NCBI GenBank assembly: GCA_950097015.1
Contig: CATNEN010000029.1
Span: forward strand, 6,510,001-6,574,000
From: Macrostomum hystrix
Taxonomy: Eukaryota > Animalia > Platyhelminthes
Length of the DNA stretch: 64,000 bases
Direction: 5' to 3'
Of this stretch, positions 1 to 12,100 are shown in pieces. Positions within the stretch are counted from its first letter, which is position 1, and the number at the start of each line of letters is the position of its first letter. The notes beneath the pieces are model-generated. The model saw only the letters and a list, made by a program, of their open reading frames with translations. It was not told the origin of the DNA and searched no databases. A program made the position numbers and the translations under genes.

Positions 1-114
1 ACGACAGCTAAAGAGAACAAAGAAAGGCCTATAAATTCACGCCCCGTTTTTCCATTACCTATTATTGCTAATACGATCGAAATGGGATTCTGTGCAAATG
101 TGGCTACCTAACAG

Positions 115-189
115 CTTGCTGCCTTGCTGAAGAATCGGAGAAGGGCCAAGACGGGCACGGTGTCGTGCGAAGAGGAAATGGCTGATTAG
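115..189 (+). CDS. Probable terminal coding exon of a gene entering from the left (LAALLKNRRRAKTGTVSCEEEMAD*)
   Basis: Acceptor-like ctaacAG at 113-114, then 24 open codons ending in TAG at 187-189. No family recognised. Confidence 0.35.
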   Translation, partial: LAALLKNRRRAKTGTVSCEEEMAD

Positions 190-457
190 AGGGCCTTGAC
201 GACATGCGCTCCAACTGCCTCGGTCTCTAATTACGGGCGTATACGCAATGGGAGAGATGGGGGATGTGTTAGTAGAAAAATAGATTGATCGCGCGCGCTA
301 AAGATGCACAAAGGGATTTTAGATGCAATGTGGGGTGGATTACCTGCGCTTATTAAATTGCAACCATACTTTATTAGGGGCTTTAAGGTGCAAGCAGATG
401 GCTGTGCCTTCAACACATTTGGGGTTATTATATTAATTTGTAAAAAAATTCTGAATT

Positions 458-712
458 GTGGGAATGTAACGTTGGGAAATGTGACCTTAGGAAATGTGTC
501 CTTGGGAAATGTGACCTTGGGAAATGTGACCTTGGGAAATGTGTCCTTGGGAAATGTGACCTTGGGAAATGTGACCTTGGGAAATGTGACCTTGGGAAAT
601 GTGACCTTGGGAAATGTGACCTTGGGAAATGTGACCTTGGGAAATGTGACCTTGGGAAATGTGACCTTGGGAAATGTGACCTTTGGAAATGTGACCTTGG
701 GAATTGTTACTC
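458..712. repeat. 15-bp minisatellite (GGGAAATGTGACCTT)n, about 17 copies
   Basis: Direct reading. It explains the periodic GNVTL / KCDLG ORFs. Confidence 0.97.
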
Positions 713-1453
713 TGTAGGAATTTAGCTCATTGCTAGGAGCTATTTTAGCAATCTTATGCGCATCTGTATTAATATCTAGCCGACATTATCACTGCTTCAA
801 CTGGCTACACCAATCGCTTTGTCATAGTCCCAGTGGACAAGTATTTTTGTCCAATTACAATCTGTAGCTTAATTAATACCTGCGTTCATGCAGAAGTGAT
901 AATTTCGTATTTGCAGTTCAGGAGGAAAACATAATTTAGTAATTATACTCGTGTGCATGCCGTGTTTTCACACAGCTTAGACTTCTTTTTTATTATTTTT
1001 TTAATTTGTTTGCTAAAACTCTTAGTCTGTTTCATCTAACTTGGTCCAAACAGCAACATCATTATTTCTAATGCTCAGATGTCTTTGCTTACCTGCGTGG
1101 TACAGGGCCTCGAGGCATTTGCAACGGCATTAATTCTGCATCAAAGGAGCTCGGTCTAATCAGAAAAAATAATGAGTCTGTAAAGTCTTTATCACTAGTC
1201 TTTATCACTAAGCTTCTGCGCGCTGTGGCATCTTATCCTCAGACAATTCAACTGCAGCTAGGCATGTGGTCAAAGGCAGCTTTGGATAATGTGTTGTGCG
1301 CTGTCTTTGCAGAGGTACTTCATTATTTATTCATTAACGCCTCCCACCAGAAACTAGAAAGCAGCTGTCAATCATCTGTTTGATCGATTAAAGATAAGCT
1401 CTGTATTTCATATGAATCAAATTTAATAGGAGTTGCAGCTTCGATTTAACAGC

Positions 1454-1454
<1 letters not shown>

Positions 1455-1502
<48 letters not shown>

Positions 1503-1505
1503 GAT
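1455..1505. repeat. (TGAT)n microsatellite
   Basis: Direct reading. Confidence 0.95.
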
Positions 1506-1641
1506 TAGCTGGACTAACTGAAGGTGGGTGTGGCGTCCCCCCAGTCCATGGACGCATTGGCTGCGGCTGTGCTGTCGGCTGCACATCTGACGCGACTGGG
1601 GCAGGTGTAATCAATTATTATTATTATTATTATTATTATTA
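1506..1641 (+). mobile_element. 5'-truncated copy of the CORE-type SINE with an internal deletion and an (ATT)n tail
   Basis: gaaggtgggtgtggcgtccccccagtcc...gctgcggctgtgctgtcggctgcacat...ggggcaggtgtaatcaattattatt matches the 3' half of the 8056-8370 copy. Confidence 0.88.
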
Positions 1642-1811
1642 TTGGTTGATATTCAATGCTACTTTACATCAAATTCGAGCATATTGACGAAGGTCCATAA
1701 AGCTGACTTGATCATAACAATACATATGCATAAATATTCTTGCGATGGTATTTTCACCTGGAATACCAGGTGTGTCTTCTGGATTTTGCACTTAACGCTT
1801 GTCAGGAATTG

Positions 1812-2120
1812 GATAGACTAAAGATAGACACCTTGCCTAGCTGGGTCATAGATTTACAGCCGATATGCATGGCACAGCCGCAGCTATTGTGTAGCTCATC
1901 TCAAGGCTGCGTACAGCTGTTCAGTCCATGGACTGGGGGGACGCCACACCGACCCTGATCAATAACCCTAGTTAATGCTGGTATCCATTGAACAGATGGC
2001 TGAACTGAAACGATGCAGAGTTAATTGATCTGCTCAAGGACACAAATTGTTCCAGTGGAGTTGGGAATCGAAGCCTCGACCTTCAAGTCGGGAGTCCGAC
2101 GCTCTAACCACTTAAAGCCC
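1812..2120 (-). mobile_element. tRNA-derived CORE-type SINE, near full length, (TATC)-like tail
   Basis: Reverse complement reads agtggttagagcgtcggactcccgacttgaaggtcgaggcttcgattcccaactccactgg, then a CORE-like block and the same 3' body as 8056-8370. Confidence 0.85.
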
Positions 2121-3196
2121 TTTAGAATATTTCGGTAGTAAAACAAAAAAAATTACAATACACAGATATCACTTTTTTGCATCGCTATTAATCGAACTAA
2201 GTCAAAGCAAAAGTGCTGCATTGTGAAAAAGCAAAAATGACAAAAAATCCCAATTTTTCGGCATCTCTTGATCCATTGCAATGCATGCGTAGAGTGAGGC
2301 TTTCTATTTTGCTGTAGTCACTTTATGCGGACACTTTGGGAGAGCTTTGTCAAGAGAACACATGGATAGAAAAGATTCGCCGATTCTGAAAGCAATTTCG
2401 GAGATTGGAGCGCACACGCACGCGCGCGCGCCTTCTTGCTAGCTCCGCAGTAGCTGCTTTAGCAATCATGCTGCCAAGCTCTTCGATCCCTTCGTTATAG
2501 ACGTCCCCAGTGGGTTAGTCGATTTTAATTGCTTTTCCTATCTCACATAGCTCTAGGCAAGATATCATGCCAGTTGCATAGTTTAACGCGTCAGCACTAT
2601 AGTATTTAGTCACTGATCATCAGCTGGAAGCTGACGCCTGTGTCTTTGTTCCGAATACAGAAACGATGACATGAGTTGGAGGCTGTCAGGATCATATACG
2701 AGTGTGCCTATTGAGATCCTGTGAAGAGAGATTCTAGAGAAAGTGATTTATAAATGTCAATATAACTAGAATTGTGACTTATTTTGAGTGTTTATGTTGT
2801 CAACTGGAATAAAAAATACTTAAGTGCATACTCGTAGTATCTCATACATTATGTATGTCAACATATAATATTTTTATAGCTTGCAATTTAAATATACAGC
2901 CTGGACCAAAGAGGTTTCGGCAAAAATCCATTGTATTTTTTGTGTCGCACCAATGTTTTCATTGTGAGTGTCTAATCTTAAACCTCATACGTATATTGTG
3001 TTTTTGCGATGCAATACGACACCGCTATGATTATAATTGTCGAGGCAATCAAAGCAGCGGAAGTAATTAAAACCATGCACATGCTTATAAAACGAGACTA
3101 ACGAGAAGATCAGATCCTAAAAATTCAAATCATATTTCGGGTTGATTTTTATATTTCACTTTTTATCAACCGGATAACGCGGCAGGGTCGAATCTT

Positions 3197-6100
3197 ATGT
3201 TACTTAACAAGATCACCAAAACAAGTATGCTATAAAAAATAGTAATGTTTCTATTTTTAATCTGTGATTTAAAACATACCAAAACGCAGGATAAGGCTAA
3301 TTGTTACAAGTGCATGCGCTTCACAGATAAAAGCGCATATATGTTAAAGTTGATAGAGATGCTATAGAGATAATGTTAGACATGATACAGAAATCTAGCA
3401 GAATACAATCAGACATAGGAGTATCGACTCAAGAGCTTCGTGGGCTGTACGGTATGGGGCTGGCGGCTAAGAAACCGACCAACTAGCCGGCTCTATAAGC
3501 AGTGACAGATGATCTGTCTGCACTGGATCTGTATATTGGATCACAGATGACAGTGATCCTACTATACTTTTGCACGTTGGAAACGCTTAAATAATGGGAG
3601 TACAAGTGACATATATCGTTGCGTTAATGCATTATTAGTGCGACAATGAATTTGTTCAATATCTATATCCCGTTGCCGTTACAAAGACAAGAAACAATAT
3701 AGTTTTTCGCAACGACTTGCTTGATGAGCAATTTAGACGTTTCTTTTGGCACTCAATTAAAAGCAAAACATTTTCAAACAACAATAGAAAATAATTGAAA
3801 AACTTAATATATGAATATTATTTTTTATTTATCAAAAAAAACTTTAAAACAAAAACTTGTTATAACGCTATAAGTTTTAAACTGCATTTTTCTTGCACTG
3901 TTTACGCTTTGCCGTCTTTCTGTGTAAACGAAGTAACTCATTTATTTTAGTGTCATTTAAGTTATAGAATTATATCAAGGGTTGCATTAAAATACTCCAT
4001 AAGTATGGGTGCAACGGTTGGGTACGATCTAACGTAGTCATTTATCTAAATGTATCTGAATTTCCTTTTTAATTTTACTCGTAGCAGCCAGCTAGATCCT
4101 CAACTTCTGAACTTTATTTTGTTGTGCAATAAGTTATGCATGTGCGGTGCATGCTTCTTATACAGAAAGTGTCAATCTTCGTCAGGTATTATGACAGTGA
4201 GGATAGTTTAAATGGATGTTTCAAGAAACATGCAGCGAAGGACGAATCGTGAGTTATATGCATTTAGCTTGCCTGTTTATTAAGTACAATATTGCAGCTA
4301 TTAGCATTGTACAGCAAAAGTTTTTCCAACTATTTCCTATTTTCTGAACTGCATTGTAGCTCAGGCAAAGCCAGTAAAGGACTAAAGAAGCTTATATACC
4401 TACTAGCTAGTTTACTAATGGATAAGTCATGAAGCTAGGATATTTTTGCATAACTGCCATGTAACAGCATTTCATTTAATTTTTTAACTCAGATTTGATT
4501 TGGTCTGAATTTGATCCAACTAATCATGTCACATTATCTGTCTTTGGCCAAAACAGTAATGACAGTCATTCTAGTTAGTTATTGAACTTCAAACATTCAC
4601 AATAGATAATAGTAAGTTATGTAGAACAGAATGGCACTGAACACATTAGTGAAGTACAGCCACCACCACCACCGCCACTCTTCAAGATGACTCTAGAACA
4701 GAGCATTTGTGTGCTACTCATGTTCCAAAATTTGCATTTTGCTATGCATGGTCCAATTCAAAATCTGTGGTTCTGGCCATAGACAGATGACATGGCATGA
4801 CTATTTTGATCAAATTCTGACTATCACTATGTGATGTGATTCAAACTTTAAGATTATTATGTGAAACAGACTAGAATTTTGCCACATATATAACAAATAT
4901 ATCAGGGTAATTTAAAATAGTAAGAACTAAAAATAGGACTACAATGTCAGGTGACACTACTCCCTGTTGAATTTTATGATGTGCTAGGAAAAAGGCATAT
5001 GAATGTCTTGTGACACGCATCCTAGACACTTACAACATGTCATCTTACAACTTTGTCATCGACATCCACTTGGAAGGTAGGATACTTTGTCATTTAGCCA
5101 ATTGGCATGCTTTAAAGTTTGGTCAGTTCGTCCTCTACTAATAACAAGCAATCAAGTTTGTCATCAATAAAGTGAGGGCGGGTGGTGGGGCAGAGGTGTT
5201 AACACACTTCACACTCTAAATTGTCAAAAAGAGGTGTCAAAACTGATTTCATTATAAGAGTTGAAAAATAGGTGCCAACACAATGTGAGGAGGGGTGGTT
5301 CTGTTCTAACTTTGAAAACTTGTTTTATAGATAACAAACTGTCCACAAGTCTAAGTCTAAGTCTAAGTCTAAGTGTCTAAGTGTCTTTGTCATCTACCCT
5401 CTGAGATATTGGACAGATCATCATATGCTGACAAAGTTGTAAGATGACGATGACAAAGTGTCCAAGTACCTGTGGCACAGTTTTCTACAAATATGCCAAT
5501 AGTATTAATAAAGAAAATACAATTAAAGCTTAAGTTGGTATAAAATTAATTTTTTACTCAAATTTCTGTCACATCAGTACCATTTTCATGGATAAATGCT
5601 GACCATATACACAAAATACCAAATCAGATCAATGGTATTTGAATTTCAATATAAGTTTATAGCAATGTTTTAGCTTGTTTTGTAATATTATTATTAGCTA
5701 TGATTTTTTAAGTGGACACACAAAAAACTTTAAGATATTAAACTGTTAGATAAGTAAAGTTGCAAAATCTGTTTATAGTTGTTCATTCTTGCCATTGCTT
5801 GTTCACATATAGTTGCCAAGCATTTTTGGTGCTTAAAAATGTTTTCTATACCAAGCTCGGTCTTGCTTTTTACTAATGTAATTTGGTTCCTAGGTTGACC
5901 AAGGCTTTAGCATCTGAAACACAATTAGGCCTATGTTACAAATATGGAAGAAAATAAAAAGTTTTAACTTTCTGGCTAAGTTTCTTATTTCCTTAATATT
6001 TTAAAGTTTAAATGCATTGCTTGACTACATCAAAATAGCTTTGTTTTGAGTTTTGTTTTTTTCTTTACTTACACAGGCACTTGTTTTATTTGATGCCATA

Positions 6101-9100
6101 CAATGTATATTTGTTTTGCATTTATCAACTTGCAAGTGTAATATACTGCTTTCTTAGTAAGCTAAATTAAAATTTCAGCCAAATTTATTTTCCTCTATTC
6201 ATATAATTTTAGTGTAACAATACACATTTTAATTCAAGTTATTTTACAATTCTACACTGAGTATTTGTTCTTTTTTTAATGGGGCTTACATAATTGCTCT
6301 TTTGGAAAGTGCAAAATATTTACTTCTTCTGAAACAAAAATTACTGGATAATTTTTTCCCTAATCGCATGTGTTGCATTTTTCTGAAAGTATTCCAACCT
6401 GGCAATTTAAATATAGGATTTTAGCTATACTTTTATTGAGTCAATGCAGTCAATCACATGTTGATATAGACCAGGGACTAGTAAATTCTTGACTAAAATT
6501 TCTAACTCTAAATTATAGAAATAATTTTTGTATTACAATACCCATAGACTGTAATATGATTGCAATTTAAAAAATGTACTAATTTTAAGTTGCTTTTTAG
6601 TTACCTACACATGCATTATGCCCACCATAGTTCTGTTTATTGCAATAACTGCAATATTTATGGCTTTGCTGCCATCATTAATATGTGCACTTTCTTTAAC
6701 CCTACCCTATGCTATAAAATAAATAGTAAAATATTTTTGCTGTTTTTGTTTCTTTAAAAATAATTGTAAATATAAAATATTGATTTCATTTATCTTAACT
6801 ATTTTTATGTTGAGTCTAATGACTTGGTGACTATAGATAAAATAATAATAGATATATGCCATGTTTCTAAAACTTTGTTGGCAATTTTGTTTTATACATG
6901 GCTTTAATTTTAAATATTCTTTTAATAAACACAATTCCTTTTTATCAGGTCATTACCTGATTTCTTTTATGCTATTATGATAGTTGTATATTCCATTATA
7001 ATTTGCTGTCTATCTAAACACTATATAATCATATATTCATTAGTTGTCAAGTATGAAAAATGTAAAATATCAACTTAGCCTGCATTGTTAATTTTTTAAA
7101 GAACACCAACTGTAAATAATTTGTATAATTTCAGAATCTACTTTATTAGTATTTTAGTCTTTGTGAGCTTATGTACAAGTACTTCTATTATATCACAAAT
7201 TTTAGGTAGAAGAGCCGATTTCGCATCAGCTGGAATTTCTCCTGAAGATGGTAAAGGCCAATGTTTGATTATTATCATTATTATTTTTCTTATTCTCTAA
7301 AATTTTAAAGCATTATATAAGTAACTGAATTCCCACAGAGCCGGCCGAGTTGCTGCGCAAGATCAGCGAAACATTTCTCAGTCGCAGCTCGGAGCCCTCT
7401 CAAATTCTGCGCAAAGTACACGTGTGCAACGCCCTAGTCCGCATGACTAAGCGAATTAAAGCCAATCTTGTATCTGACGATTTGTTTTGCAGGTGAGAAT
7501 AGCTATTTAAATGGTTTGTTGTTATTGTTAAGACAATACATTCGCTTTGAGAGTTACAACTTAACTAAATGAATAAAATATTTCAGTCTAATCCCAGCAT
7601 TCTTTCAAGACTGTCGCGAGGTACGCGCCGCCGCTCTGCGTTGCGTTAGAAAATTTCTTACAGACAGAGCTGCCACTGACAGCTTTTATAAATTCAATTT
7701 CGATCTATGCGTTGCCAAGTAAGCGATTTTTTATTTACTTAAACATTTTTATCAGTAGGACATTGTACACAGTTTGCATATAAATGCTGATTGGCTCAAC
7801 CAACAGGTGCCTAGATCTAGGCTGCCTAGACGAAGAGGCCAGCCTGGCGCCATTGTTTCAAAGCGAGCGCTTTCAGGCTGTGAAACTCATCCGACAATTA
7901 ACCAGAGTCAGTGGCAGTCAGATACCGGCTAGCCTGGTTCAGCCTCTGCTAGCTATCTGTCGCTATACGGACCGAGAGGATCGACGAGACCAGCTCATGA
8001 AGGTTGGTCCTGCTTATTAAATGCTCAGTTAGAAAAATGCCTCGAGTATTCATCAGAGGTTGTAGCCCAGTGGTTAGGGCGTCGGACTCACGACTTAAAG
8101 GTCGGGGGTTCGATTCCCGACTCCACTGGAAAAATTTGCGTCCTTTAGCAAGACACTTAACTCTGCATTGCTTCAGTTCACCCAGCTGTTAAATGGGTAC
8201 CAGCATCAGCTGGGATAATTGAAGGTGGGTGTGGCGTCCCCCCAGTCCGTGGACTGAACAGCTGTACGCAGCCTTCAGATGCGCCGCGCATTAGCTGCGG
8301 CTGTGCTGTCGGCTGCACATTTGACCCAATTGGGGCAGGTGTAATCAATTATTATTATTATTATTATTCATTCTAAAGACTTGAGGCTATAAAAAGTACA
8401 CTGCTGAATGTAGCATTGTCAAAACAGGAATTATTTTATAAATAATGCATTCATTGTAATGATATAAGTTCAGTCTGTTTGCGATGCTTAAACTCGCCGC
8501 AAAGTTAATTCTATGACCTTAGTATCGACTACTATTAGTAGCATGCGTAGTTAGACGTAGCCTTTCTATTTTCCCTAAGAGCTATGCATGTAGATCTTTC
8601 TACTAAGTAATTTAACAGTAGAAAAACCACTGGGATATTTCAAATACCCACATACCGCAAAACATAGGCATAGGCATCGTCGAGATATTCAACAATTCTC
8701 GACGTGGTGTCTTCGGAATCAAAAACTACAGATATAGGCATAATTTTTCTGCTCACAAAATATCATTAAGTAACAACGTCGCCATCATTGTTAACTAATT
8801 TAGATTAGTTTAATTGTTTTTTTACCCAAATGGATTCGCCATAGTGGTTCATACAGAGCAATGTTAGTTGTCCTTTGTCACCAGGGTGTCCGACAAGAAT
8901 CGCTGAATGTCTCGACGATACTGACTTTGCTTTACTCAGCTTTGAAAGTTAAGTCGTTCGTTTTGGGAGCTATCGTAGAGTATGCAGTGGGTATTGGAAA
9001 TAGCCCGGTGGTCTTTCCCCAGAGGTAAAAATAGCTCGGTCTTTCTACTGTTAACGCATCGATTTGTCTAAATATCACATGAGTCACATAAACAATGAAT

Positions 9101-12100
9101 TACTTAATTAAATCCTAGGCTTCCCTATACCTGCTGGCCGAACTGGGCGCTCTAAATCCATCCCAACTGGCCGGTAGTGGAGCACTTAAAACGGTTCTGC
9201 AGGCAGTTCTGGACACTAGCCTGCCGCCCAGGTGCACAGAGGCATTAGTTGGCGTCCTGGCGCATCTATTAAATAAGCCGGATACTCGGCGCTACCTGAG
9301 GCCGCTGCCCGAATCGCTGCACTGTCTGCTCAGTCCGTTAACTAATCCTACCAGCTGCCGTTCTGGTGACGGACGCCAAGCCGTTCTCTGCCTATTCCGC
9401 ACGTGGCCCGGCCTCCTATCACTGTCGCCGCGTAGCCTAGTAGGCATGCTATTTGTCAATAGCGAAGAGGCTCGCTCTGCGCTTGTTGATTTCTTTTTCG
9501 ACCTGTTCCTTGTGCCTAAGCCGCCATCTGGCGTAACGGAATTTAGCGAAGCCATCAGGTAAATAAATAATACTTGTTTGTTTGAGAATGACTGCTCTCT
9601 GAGACCGGCCTCTGATAGTTTTTTTAGAAAGTGGTTTGGAATTTATAATTCTTGCTAAAGCATTCTAACAGAAACTCTTGACTTCTGTACCAATAATCAA
9701 ACCAAAAATTGTTTCGCAGGTGTCTGTATCCGTCCGACGAATCCTGGGATCTGACTGAAGGCTTCGTATCATCTGAAGGCTGCGATCTATTAGAATATAG
9801 ATGTCCAACTAGGCTAAACCTACTCGAGAATCACCTGGCCTTTCTGCTGCACCTGTTTGTACAGTGCGGCCTAGCGCATGGTCTATCCAGCTTACTGGCT
9901 GACAAAGCCTCCGATCAGCTGGGCATTCGATGCGCCTTGTTGCTAGGCGAGCTGACGCATCGCAGTCGACTCCTGCCCGCCGCCCTGCGCTCTATCGGCT
10001 CCGCTCTCAGCGCCCCGGCTCTGTTGCGAAATCAGCGCGCCCTGCACTGGCTGGCTGCGGTGCAGCGGGCTAGAGAGAAGCCGCCACCGCCTAGGAATGT
10101 ACTATTGGCGGCGCTAGTTGCTCAGGTGCGATCTTTGATGATATGATTGAATGGGGATGAGGGATGGGAAAATCCCCCCACTGACCTTTTTTTTGCTGAA
10201 AAGCAAGCACACGAAACCTAAGAACATAGGCCAACATTTTGTTGCGTTTCTTCTGAAACAATAATCAAGTCACCAGCTCTTCAGACCGTCGAGATATTCA
10301 ATGGTTCTGGCCGAAGTTCAGATTTTTCCCATAAGCGCTAGTGTATTTCATATAAACCCCTATACATGAATTGGTACTGCGCCTCAGTGCGGCCTTGCCA
10401 GGCCTTCAGAATTTATCAGCATGTCACACGAATGTGCCTGCATCATCTCCGTCTTCGGTGGTCGCCTACCTTTATCTAGACGGACTGCTGGACCTTCAAG
10501 GGCTACAACAGGTGGAACTAGGCAACTATGGACACCCTGACGCGAATTTCTCCAATTTCACTGATCAAGCCTAAATATTAGGCGCAGCTCAACCACAGGA
10601 CACCCTCGCCTAGTCTGTGACCAATTAGTCACTACCCAACGCTGTTAGAATTCGGGACGGGGTAAATTTTCAGGGGGTATAAAAGCGGTCGGCAAAATGG
10701 TTTGGTAGTCCTACTTTTAAAGCGGCGTTATGGAGTCGTTTCAACGGCTTTTCTAACGACAAAAAAGTTATTTACTTTTAAGCGCTTTTATCACACTGAC
10801 TAAAGAGTAACCTTTACCTCGTTTCATTTATTATGTTTTTTTACAATACTCCTAAATACACTACCCACCTTATCTCAATTAGCCCAAGCCGGTCAATGCC
10901 TTCGCTACGCCGGCTGCAGCCTCCGCGGCCGCCTCAGCTTCGGCCTGCGCATCGCTGGCCGCCTGTCCAGACGACCCGGACGACTGGGCCTGGCCTGAGA
11001 TGCTTGGTCTAGTACGCTGCTGTCTACAAACTGATGCGCCTACCGATTACGGATCCTCTGTGTCACTGTCAGCATCAGGCGCCGCCTCATTGACCGCCTC
11101 GGCTGATTGGCTGGCCGCTGCGCGTCGCCTGTGCGCTTTCTACAGCCCGCCGTCCAGCTTAGCAGACAGCTCGCCTACCAAACCAGTTGCCTTTCTGACA
11201 ATGCCATTGAATTGGCACCACGCTGCTGATGCCTACCTCACCGGTGTGGAGCTCATGCAACTGCTAGCTAGACTGCCAGACTCCAGCGAGCTGCACAAAT
11301 GCCTCATCAGTCTAATTAGTGACCTGTCCGCCCACGTGCGCAACCGACTAATGCATTCGCCTAGCCTCCTCATTAGCACCTGCGCCAGGTACGCGCCTGG
11401 ATTCTTAGGCGCCCTCACTGCGTCCGAGCGCGGTGAAGAAGCGCTTGAGGCTTGCAACGCTAAGCAGCTGCTGTTAGAGCTCGTTTCAGATCAGGCGCAC
11501 ACGTACTTTCCCAAGCTGGTGAGATTTGCCAATACAACTCTTACTTGTGCACTATTGACTGCTGAAATAGGTTTAACAGAGTATGCGGTCTCAAAGTCTT
11601 ATTGTTATAAAATTAAATTCATATTGTACCTAACATTAATATGGCCCTTAGCTCGATTCTGCGGCAAAGCCAAATTATTATTTCGTAGGCTCTTGTTGTG
11701 TTGCTTACGCCCATGAGGGCAAACCTAAACATTAAAAGCACAGTGAGAGTGTACACTGCCTGACAGTGTGTGCATGTGTGCTCAGGAGTCAGCTAAACTG
11801 GTTAGAACTGCCTCTCACTAGCTGCTTCAAACTGTTTTTAACTGAAATGCGCTAGTACTCAGCCCTCCTGAGAACATTAATAATTATTATCATTACCGAA
11901 TTTGCCTTGCAGGTATTGGCCACCGTAGACTATACTAGAAGCGGCGGGTTTGGCCGTCTGCTACTTGCCAAAGCTTTGAGCTCCGGCGATGAAGAATGCA
12001 GACTCTACGCAACTCGCCTAATGACTGTGCTGCTGCGAGCCGATATGCCATTCTTTGCCAACTGGGGCATTGAACTGCTAGTCAAACAGCTCTATGATAC

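Noticed and set aside
304-725. GNVTL / KCDLG repeat ORFs resembling pentapeptide-repeat proteins
   Set aside because: A 15-bp DNA satellite open in two frames, with AT-rich non-coding flanks.
11300-11315. Other CTGANGA matches (11304 minus, 8052 minus, 4175 minus, 22083 minus, 26716 minus, 36104 plus, 63674 plus)
   Set aside because: None is followed by a stem II and GAAA with a pairing stem I, so they are not hammerheads. Several lie inside coding exons.
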